In this document: positions 56,968 to 64,000 of the stretch, piece after piece | Layout: each line of letters starts with the position of its first letter | Numbering within the stretch: position 1 is the first letter of the stretch | DNA from: Planctomycetota bacterium | GTDB lineage: Bacteria; Planctomycetota; UBA11346 | Direction of reading: 5' to 3' | NCBI GenBank assembly: GCA_038213805.1 | Contig: JBBQSO010000017.1 | Span: forward strand, 9,751-73,750 | DNA length: 64,000 nt | Translations under genes and position numbers: made by a program | The notes under the pieces: generated by a model | The model's input: the letters and a program-made list of their open reading frames with translations, nothing else | Told to the model about the DNA's origin: nothing | The model's database searches: none

Positions 56968-57681
56968 ATGCGCTCCCTGCTCCTGCTCGCCCTGTGTTCT
57001 GCCGCGCCGCTCATGGCCGTGGACAACCTCGGCACCCTGGTCTTCTCCGACGACTTCGCGCGCACTGAGACCCAGGCGCTGAAGGACGAGCCCGGCAACG
57101 GCTGGAACACCAGCAGCTCGTGGAGCGCCAAGGGCAACAAGGAGGTCGCCCTGGTGGACGGCACGCTGCACATCTACATCCACCCGGAGGCGATCCATGC
57201 CGTGGACGTCGGTCACGCCTTCGCCTTCACCGACGGCACCGCGACGATGCGTTTCAAGTTCCACGAGGCGAAGGACACCCTCATGCTGAACTTCGCCGAC
57301 CTGTCCTGCAAAGAGGTCCACGCCGGCCACATCTGCGCCGCGACCTTCGCCGCGAAGAAGGTCAACCTGCAGGACATGAAGACCGGCGGCATGCTGCTCA
57401 AGTACTGGGACGCGCGCAAGGCGGGGACCAAGCTCAGCGCCGAGGACGAGGCGCTGATCAAGACCAAGCAGAAATCCTTTCCCTATGACGACCTCGGCGT
57501 GGACACGTGGCACGCGCTCAGCGTCACCATCGCCGGCGACACCATGACCGCTGCGGTCGACGGCAAGCCGGTCGGCAGCTTCAGCTCGCCCGGCATCGCG
57601 CACGAGACCAAGCAGGTCCTGCGCCTGCTGGTGTCGAACCAGGTGACCATCGATGAGGTGAAGTATTACAAGCTGAAGTGA
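56968..57681 (+). CDS. Secreted concanavalin-A-like (LamG/DUF1080-like) lectin-fold protein
   Basis: Has a signal peptide (MRSLLLLALCSAAPLMA). Contains NGWNTSSSWSAKGNKEVALVDGTLHI, WHALSVTIAGDTMTAAVDGKPVG and QVTIDEVKYYKL. The fold-level call is moderate. Confidence 0.55.
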   Translation: MRSLLLLALCSAAPLMAVDNLGTLVFSDDFARTETQALKDEPGNGWNTSSSWSAKGNKEVALVDGTLHIYIHPEAIHAVDVGHAFAFTDGTATMRFKFHEAKDTLMLNFADLSCKEVHAGHICAATFAAKKVNLQDMKTGGMLLKYWDARKAGTKLSAEDEALIKTKQKSFPYDDLGVDTWHALSVTIAGDTMTAAVDGKPVGSFSSPGIAHETKQVLRLLVSNQVTIDEVKYYKLK

Positions 57682-57702
57682 ACCGCGATCCCATCCATCA
57701 GG

Positions 57703-58299
57703 TCACTTGCCCTTCGCGCCCACCAGCCCCGGCACCTTGCTCGCATCGTAGGTCGCGCCCTTGGACACCTGGACGATGGTGACGTGGACCTTGGTCGGGA
57801 AGAATTTGCCCAGGTCCGGCTGGGCAGAGGCGTGGTTGTCGCCGCTCACCTTGGCGGCCTTCATCACCAGGGTCATCATCTGCACGCCCTCCGTCCACAC
57901 GATCGAGTCGTTCTCCCAGAAGCCGGTCATCTGCTCCTCACGTTCATAGACCCCCGGCTTGGTGTAGGTCGGTGAACTGGCGCACCCGTAGTTGTTCTTC
58001 TGCCCTTTGTTGGGGATGTAGCAGACGCTCCACATCACCGGCGTCTCGCCCGGCGGCTTCTCAAGCACCTCGAAGCGGATGTGCACGGTGCCGTGGCGGT
58101 AGTCGATCGGCTGCGTCCAGTCCTTCGGGGTGTCTTTGGAAAAGCGCGCCGCCGGGATCTTGAGGTGCCCCTGCGTGGGCACCGCGTCCTTCTCTGCGAA
58201 CGTGAAGACCTCATCGAACAGCACCAGCTGCTCGGCCTCGGCCGTGGCGGCCAGGGACAGGCAGAGGACGAGCGGCAGCAGCACGGCGCGCAGCGGCAT
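57703..58299 (-). CDS. Hypothetical secreted protein (198 aa)
   Basis: Has a signal peptide (MPLRAVLLPLVLCLSLAATAEA) and coding-like composition. No family was recognised. Confidence 0.5.
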   Translation of the reverse strand: MPLRAVLLPLVLCLSLAATAEAEQLVLFDEVFTFAEKDAVPTQGHLKIPAARFSKDTPKDWTQPIDYRHGTVHIRFEVLEKPPGETPVMWSVCYIPNKGQKNNYGCASSPTYTKPGVYEREEQMTGFWENDSIVWTEGVQMMTLVMKAAKVSGDNHASAQPDLGKFFPTKVHVTIVQVSKGATYDASKVPGLVGAKGK

Positions 58300-58568
58300 G
58301 GTGGACTCCTGCGGCGGTGGAATGTCATGCCGCGGGTGGAATATCAGCGCCTCACGGGTGGCGACCTGGCCGACCATCCGCCAGTACGCCTGGTCGAGTG
58401 ATACGGAAGGTCCGCTGCCTGCACCGGACCGCCTGCGAGCGGCCGCCGCGTGCATCCAACAGGGTCGGCGGGTCCCGTCTTGTCTTAGTTTATAAGCTTC
58501 TAATTTGCTGACCGCAGCCCGGATATCCCGCCCCGGCCGCCGCCCACCTCGCACCAGGACCATCCGCC

Positions 58569-61500
58569 ATGCTGCGCCATGCCCTTACCGTCTCGATGCT
58601 CGCGCTCGGTGCCGTGGCGCCGGCCGCCGACAACCTGCTGCGCAATGGCTCCTTCGAGGGCGGGCTGCTCTACTGGCACAATATCAATCCCGCGGTGCAC
58701 ACGCTGGTGAGCGATCAGGTGCACAACGGCGCGCAGGCCCTGCGCATCGAGCGCGACGGGGTGATGAGCGCGCCCTTCGTGTGCGAGCGCGGGAAACCGA
58801 TCACGTGCAGTTTCTGGGTGAAGGGCGATCGCGTCGGCGAGGTCCGCGTGCAGCTGCCGCCCAGTGCGCGCGAGGTGGGCAGCGCCCACGGCCGCCTGTG
58901 GACGTCTGAAGCCACCCGGGTGGTGAAGATCGGTACCGAATGGCAGCGCGCCACGGTCACCATGCCGGCCGACGTGCCGCAGGACGGCTTCTGGCCCGAG
59001 CCGCACTACCTGGTGCAGTTCGAGGGCACCGTGCCGATGGTCCTCGACGGCGTGGTGGTGAACCAGGAGGCGCAGGGCGCGGCCGACTACATTCCGCGCC
59101 GCGCCATCGAGGTGGTCGCCACCTGCGCCGACCTCAAGGGCTACACCACCGACGGCAACCTGCTGGAGCGCGGCCAGACGGTGCACCTCACGGCCCACGC
59201 GTCCAATCCCGGCAAGGATCCCGCGACCGTCACGCTGCGCTGGCAGCTGATCGACTACGAGGGCGGTGAGGCGCGCGGCCCGCTGGTCGAGCGCACGGTC
59301 ACCATCGCGCCGGGCCACACCGTCCACGAGACCGCGGAACTGAATCTGGAGTCCCCCGGCATGGTGCTGGCGCGCGCGAGCGTTCTGGTCGCCGGAAAGC
59401 TGATCGACAGCAGCGACCAGCCGCTGACGTCGCTGCCGTACCCGTGCGCGCCGCGCCGTCCGGATCCGCGTGAGCGCTTCGGCGCCTCGTTCATGGGGCC
59501 GCATACCGCCACCCTGGCCAGCCGCATGGGCATGGCCTGGAGCCGCTGGTTCCCGCGCAGCAAGTGGCAGGACGTCCAGCCCGACGGCCGCGACGCTTTC
59601 CACTGGTACGACCATGAGCTCGACACTCTCGAAGGACTCGGCATCAGCTCACACGTGGTGCTCTACGGCTGGCCGACGTGGGCGATGGATGCGGAAGGCA
59701 AAGTGGCGAATCCGCTGCCGAAGGACATGCGCTGGAAGGCTGACGACCCGCGCTGGAACGACTTGGCGCTGGACACTTCGTGGGACCACTACGTCACCAG
59801 TACCGTCGGCCACTACCGCGGCCGCCCGCTGGTCTACGAGATCGAGAACGAGCCGGAATTCGATCGCTGGGACCAGTTCAAGGACGAGTACGCGCGCTTC
59901 ACCATGCGCACCGCGAAGCTGATCAAGCGCGCCGATCCCAAGGCGCGGGTGATGGTCAACAACGTCTACGGCATCCCCAGCGGCCTGAATGGGCGCCTGC
60001 TCGAGCTCGGCGGCGGCAAAGACATCGACATCATCTCCTGGCACGACTACCACGAAGGCTGGCTCGCCGACGGCATGGCGATGCGGCGCATGAAGGCCAA
60101 CCTCAAGGCGTTCGGCGCCGAGCACATCGAGATCTGGTTCAACGAGGGCTGGGCCTTCACCAACACCGCGGTCGACGAGCCGCTCGCCTGCACCCACGAG
60201 ACCGGCGCGCAGAGCACCAACGCGCTGGTCGACAGCATCGCCGAACTGACCATCGCCGGCCAGGACAAGACCATCCTCTTCCACAACGGCTACGAAGAGC
60301 ATGGCATGAGTTTCTGGGACTACAGCGGTCCCGGGACCATGCTGTGGGACTGGTACGGCAACCCGCTGCCGCTGGTGGCGGCGTGGAACGTGATGGGTCA
60401 TCACCTCGGACTGTCGCAGGCGCTCGGCCAGGTGCGGCCGCTCGGCGCGAACCTGTGCGTGTTCCAAGACCTGCGCAACAAGCGCGGCGTGATGGTCGCG
60501 TATGCCGATCGCGAGGCGCCCACCGACGTCACCGTCGAGCTGCCCTGCGACGGCCTCATCGCCGAAGATGCCATGGGTCGCGCGCAGCCCCTGGGCGGCC
60601 GTCGCCTGCTTCTGGCCAGGAGCGGCCGGCCGCTGTTCCTCTATGACGCCAAGGGCACCGCCGGCAGCGCTTTTCTCGCGGCGGTCGAGCCGCTGGACCG
60701 GCGCCACGACAGCTTCGTCGGCGCCGGCGGCGCCGTCACCCTGCCGCAGGCGTGGGCGGGCACCGCCAACGGCTCGGCCGACGGCAATCCGGTGCAGACC
60801 GGCGGTCGCGCGGTGTGGCGCCTCGACCAGGTCTGCCCGCCGGAACCCGCGCAGGTCGCCAACTACCATCCGCTGACCTGGCAGGACGGCTGGTGGATCG
60901 CGGCCAAGGACGGCTTCGGCGGCCAGCCCAAGACCGAGATGCGCGACCGCGGCGTGCGTATGGAATTCCGCGCCTCGCACAGCTCCTCGCCCGGCGAGAA
61001 ATTGTGCGGGCTGGTGTTCATCGCGGCGACAGCTGGTGACTACCGCTTGGCGGGCAGCGCCGAACTGCATCTGTGGGATGGCGGCAACCCCACGCGCCTG
61101 ACGTTGTGGCGCAAGACGCACAAGGATGCGCAGCAGATCGCCAGCACGCCCATGAAGAACGGCGAGCGCTTCGACCTCTCCGCCTGGAGCACCACGCTGG
61201 CGGCTGGCGACGAACTGGTGCTGCTGCCGCGCATCGACGGCATGTTCACCGGCGGTGACGTGACGCTGCGCGACCTGACCGTCAGCCCGGGCGCCGCCAC
61301 GCCGAGCTGGCGCCTGCCCACGGTGTGGGAGGGCACCCGCACCGGCGCCGCCGAGGGCAATCCCATCGCTGCCGGCGACACGCCGGTGTGGCGCCTGGAC
61401 CAGCTGTGGCCGTCCGACCAGGTCATCATCGCCGCCAACTACAAGCCCCTGGTGTGGTCCGGCACCGAGTGGATCGCCGAGACCCACGGCCAGGGCGGCC

Positions 61501-61880
61501 AGCCGGCCATGCGCGTCGCCGACGGCGCGGTGTCGATCGCCGCGCGCGGCGCCTGGAGCGGCGTGGACGGTCAGCTGCCACGCACCGCGGCGCTGGTGTT
61601 CATCGCCCCCAGCGCCGGCACCTACCGCGTGCGTGGCAGTGCGCACTGCAAGCCTTGGGAAGGCGACGCGAAGTCGTTCCCCCTGGTGGTGCTCAAGAAG
61701 GACACCCAGCGGGCCGCCGAGGTGAAGCGCATCGACCTGCCGCGCGACGACACGCCGGTCGCCTTCGATGTCGAGGTTGATCTCACCGACGGGCACGAAC
61801 TGCTGCTGCTGCCGCTGATGCCGCACTGGCACAACGCCGCGACGGTGCGCATCGATGCGGTCGAGGTCACCCGCAAATGA
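58569..61880 (+). CDS. Large secreted glycoside hydrolase-like protein: CBM4_9-like N-terminal domain + clan GH-A-type (beta/alpha)8 domain + two tandem ~190-aa C-terminal modules
   Basis: Has a signal peptide and NLLRNGSFEGGLLYWHN (CBM-like). Contains LVYEIENEPEF (NEP acid/base motif), WHDYHEG and IWFNEGWAF. The C-terminus has a duplicated module (GNPVQTGGRAVWRLDQ... / GNPIAAGDTPVWRLDQ...). The GH family is not assigned. Confidence 0.7.
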   Translation: MLRHALTVSMLALGAVAPAADNLLRNGSFEGGLLYWHNINPAVHTLVSDQVHNGAQALRIERDGVMSAPFVCERGKPITCSFWVKGDRVGEVRVQLPPSAREVGSAHGRLWTSEATRVVKIGTEWQRATVTMPADVPQDGFWPEPHYLVQFEGTVPMVLDGVVVNQEAQGAADYIPRRAIEVVATCADLKGYTTDGNLLERGQTVHLTAHASNPGKDPATVTLRWQLIDYEGGEARGPLVERTVTIAPGHTVHETAELNLESPGMVLARASVLVAGKLIDSSDQPLTSLPYPCAPRRPDPRERFGASFMGPHTATLASRMGMAWSRWFPRSKWQDVQPDGRDAFHWYDHELDTLEGLGISSHVVLYGWPTWAMDAEGKVANPLPKDMRWKADDPRWNDLALDTSWDHYVTSTVGHYRGRPLVYEIENEPEFDRWDQFKDEYARFTMRTAKLIKRADPKARVMVNNVYGIPSGLNGRLLELGGGKDIDIISWHDYHEGWLADGMAMRRMKANLKAFGAEHIEIWFNEGWAFTNTAVDEPLACTHETGAQSTNALVDSIAELTIAGQDKTILFHNGYEEHGMSFWDYSGPGTMLWDWYGNPLPLVAAWNVMGHHLGLSQALGQVRPLGANLCVFQDLRNKRGVMVAYADREAPTDVTVELPCDGLIAEDAMGRAQPLGGRRLLLARSGRPLFLYDAKGTAGSAFLAAVEPLDRRHDSFVGAGGAVTLPQAWAGTANGSADGNPVQTGGRAVWRLDQVCPPEPAQVANYHPLTWQDGWWIAAKDGFGGQPKTEMRDRGVRMEFRASHSSSPGEKLCGLVFIAATAGDYRLAGSAELHLWDGGNPTRLTLWRKTHKDAQQIASTPMKNGERFDLSAWSTTLAAGDELVLLPRIDGMFTGGDVTLRDLTVSPGAATPSWRLPTVWEGTRTGAAEGNPIAAGDTPVWRLDQLWPSDQVIIAANYKPLVWSGTEWIAETHGQGGQPAMRVADGAVSIAARGAWSGVDGQLPRTAALVFIAPSAGTYRVRGSAHCKPWEGDAKSFPLVVLKKDTQRAAEVKRIDLPRDDTPVAFDVEVDLTDGHELLLLPLMPHWHNAATVRIDAVEVTRK

Positions 61881-61926
61881 GCCCGCACCGCGACCACGCG
61901 CGCACCGCCGCCCCGGAACCGCACCC

Positions 61927-62946
61927 ATGAGCGTCACGCTCAAGCATATCGCCGAGCAGTGCGGCCTGTCGCTGCAGACGGTGGGCGCCGTGCTGGGCAG
62001 TCGCGCCCACCTCTTCCGCCCCGAGACCCGCGAGCGGGTGCTGCGCGCGGCCGCGCAGCTGGGCTACCGTCCCAACAGCGCGGCCAAGGCGATGCGCAGC
62101 GGCCGCTTCAACTGCGCGGCCCTGGTGCTGAGCGACAATCCCTGGCGCAGCACGCTGTTCCGCGAGCAGGTCGCCGGCATGGACCACGCGTTGCTGGCCG
62201 CCGGCATGCACCTGGCGCACGCGCTCATCCCAGATCACGACCTGCGCGAGCATGGGCGGGTCCCGAAGATCCTTGGCGAGCTGATGGCGGATGGCCTGCT
62301 GATCAACTACAACACCGGCATCCCCATCCCACTCGAGCGAGTCATGGCCCAGCACCGCCTGCCGGCGATCTGGATGAACGTGCGGCGCGAGCACGACTGC
62401 GTCCATCCCGATGACGAGGGCGCCGGCCGCCTCGCGACCGAACATCTGCTGGCGCTCGGCCACCGGCGCATCGCCTACGTCGATTACAGCCACGCCAGCG
62501 CGCAGCCCGATCAGCACTACAGCGCCGCCGACCGTCAGGCCGGTTACACGCAGGCGATGCGCAGCGCCAAGCTGGCACCGCGCATCATCGGCTCAGTCCA
62601 CCAGCTGGGCGCCGCCGAGTACCTGCCGACGGTGCGCGCCTGGCTGGCCGCGGCCGACCGCCCGACCGCGCTGGTCACCTACTGCGGGCGCGAGGCCGGC
62701 GCCGCGCTCTACGCCGCTGCGCTGCTCGGCATCGCGGTGCCGCGCGAGCTCAGCATCGTCGCCATCGAGGACCACCCGGTCGATCCCTGCGGCGTGCAGC
62801 TCACCACCGTCCTGCTGCCGCGCTACGAACTCGGCGCGGTGGCGGTGGAGCTGCTGCTGGAGCGCATCGCCGCACCGACGCGCCCGTTGCCGGCGCGGTG
62901 CCTGCCGGTGCGACTGGAGCCGGGGATGAGCACGGCGGCCATCTAG
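61927..62946 (+). CDS. LacI-family transcriptional regulator
   Basis: Has the HTH VTLKHIAEQCGLSLQTVGAVLG...TRERVLRAAAQLGYRPNSAAKAM and a sugar-binding core. It lies 46 nt downstream of the large GH gene. Confidence 0.85.
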   Translation: MSVTLKHIAEQCGLSLQTVGAVLGSRAHLFRPETRERVLRAAAQLGYRPNSAAKAMRSGRFNCAALVLSDNPWRSTLFREQVAGMDHALLAAGMHLAHALIPDHDLREHGRVPKILGELMADGLLINYNTGIPIPLERVMAQHRLPAIWMNVRREHDCVHPDDEGAGRLATEHLLALGHRRIAYVDYSHASAQPDQHYSAADRQAGYTQAMRSAKLAPRIIGSVHQLGAAEYLPTVRAWLAAADRPTALVTYCGREAGAALYAAALLGIAVPRELSIVAIEDHPVDPCGVQLTTVLLPRYELGAVAVELLLERIAAPTRPLPARCLPVRLEPGMSTAAI

Positions 62947-63234
62947 CGGGAAGCCGCCGGAGTCGGGACCAGTGGGAACCGGGTTCAGACCACGGTCGAC
63001 CGGTTCGCACGCGGTGCAGGGAAAGTGTCTCTTCGCGAGCAGACGATTCGGATCCGCCACTAAACTCACCCGCTTGCCGCCATCCCCACTGCGCCACCCT
63101 TGCCGGTGGTCGAGGCCCGCACGCGGACCCGGCGCAGCGTCGCGCCCGTCCGTGGCGGACGGAGTGGCGCCGGGGCGGCCGACGACGATCCTGTGCGGCA
63201 CCAGCGCCGCCCCAGCGTCCAGCACGGAGTCCGC

Positions 63235-64000
63235 ATGCGCATCGCAGCACTCGTCAGTCTCATCCTGATCGCTGTCGGGCTGGGTGCGGTCGAACCCGCC
63301 CGCGAGCCCGTGCACGACCTCTCCGCGGGCATCCTGCTCAAGGACTACCGTCCGGTCTCGATCTACCACATTCCGCACACCGACGTGCCGAAAGCGAAGT
63401 ACCCGGCCATCGACGTGCACACCCACGACTACGCCAAGACCGCAGAGGAGGTCGATGCGTGGGTCGCCGCCATGGATGCCGCGAACATCGCCCGTTCCAT
63501 CATCCTGAGCTTCGCGACCGGCGAGGAATTCCAGACGCTGGTCACCCGCTATGGCCGCTACCCGGAGCGCTTCGAACTGTGGTGCTACTTCGACTTCGCC
63601 GGCTGGGACGAGCCCGGCTGGAGTGCGCGCGCGGTCGCCGACCTTGAGCGCAGCCACCGCATGGGCGCGCGCGGGGTCGGCGAGCTGATGGACAAGGGCA
63701 TGGGCTACAAACCCATATCCGCGAGCCTGACCAGCAAGGCCATCTTCGACACCACGGTTGGGATGCATATCAACGACGCGCGTATGAAGCCGCTGCTCGC
63801 CAAGTGCGGGGAGCTGCACATGCCGATCAACCTGCACATCGGCGAGGACGCGTGGATGTACCAGGCGCCGGATGCGACCAACGATGGCCTGATGAACGCG
63901 GCCAAGTGGCGCGTGGATCAGACCAGGACCGGGCTCGCGGACCACGCGCAGCTCCTCGGCATGCTCGAAGAGGCCGTCCGGGACAACCCCGCGACCACCT
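63235..64000 (+). CDS. Amidohydrolase-superfamily (metal-dependent TIM-barrel hydrolase) protein, 3'-truncated by the window end
   Basis: Absent from the ORF track because there is no stop in the window. My own translation from ATG 63235 reads MRIAALVSLILIAVGLGA...KYPAIDVHTHDY...ARSIILSF...MPINLHIGEDAW..., open to base 64000. IDVHTH is the metal-binding HxH motif. Confidence 0.7.
   Translation, partial: MRIAALVSLILIAVGLGAVEPAREPVHDLSAGILLKDYRPVSIYHIPHTDVPKAKYPAIDVHTHDYAKTAEEVDAWVAAMDAANIARSIILSFATGEEFQTLVTRYGRYPERFELWCYFDFAGWDEPGWSARAVADLERSHRMGARGVGELMDKGMGYKPISASLTSKAIFDTTVGMHINDARMKPLLAKCGELHMPINLHIGEDAWMYQAPDATNDGLMNAAKWRVDQTRTGLADHAQLLGMLEEAVRDNPATT

Noticed and set aside
62593-63945. 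450-aa minus-strand ORF
   Set aside because: It is antisense to the 3' end of the LacI gene and to the amidohydrolase gene (63235 onward), which has an IDVHTH metal-binding motif and a signal peptide. The translation has no motif.

Overview
This is a high-GC (roughly 65-70% by eye) chromosomal window. Gene content points to a PVC-superphylum bacterium, most likely Verrucomicrobiota (Opitutales-like). That placement is an inference from a DUF1559 H-X9-DG pseudopilin, a DUF1592/DUF1552 (PSCyt/PSD) pair, and PVC-type heme-binding dehydrogenases. The window opens with the core block rpoB (3' part)-rpoC-rpsL-rpsG. About 40 further genes follow, mostly secreted or periplasmic carbohydrate-active and redox proteins. 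These include GH5, GH16+CBM32, a 1103-aa clan GH-A-like enzyme, three right-handed beta-helix proteins, CE7-like and CE1-like esterases, SGNH hydrolases, DUF1080, a ThuA-like protein, cytochrome-c-fused dehydrogenases and a flavocytochrome. Regulators are two LacI-family repressors, an ECF sigma/FecR-type anti-sigma pair and a soluble PAS histidine kinase. I saw no rRNA, tRNA, CRISPR array, transposase, integrase, prophage or recognisable defence system. Many very long ORFs in the six-frame track are antisense GC artefacts of real genes. One real gene, an amidohydrolase running off the 3' end from 63235, is missing from the track. Things worth a second look: (1) the ECF sigma/anti-sigma locus flanked by paralogous uncharacterised beta-helix proteins; (2) heme-linked periplasmic sugar-oxidation-type modules and a DUF1592/DUF1552 pair; (3) a flavoprotein with a C-terminal triheme tail; (4) oddities in the ribosomal block (His at the S12 K88 streptomycin site, rpoC/rpsL overlap, a possible 42-aa S7 N-terminal extension, no fusA/tuf); (5) two stand-alone release-factor-like small proteins; (6) two decayed gene relics, one topoisomerase IB and one PVC dehydrogenase N-terminal fragment. 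All functional calls come from reading motifs in the translations. No database search was run.
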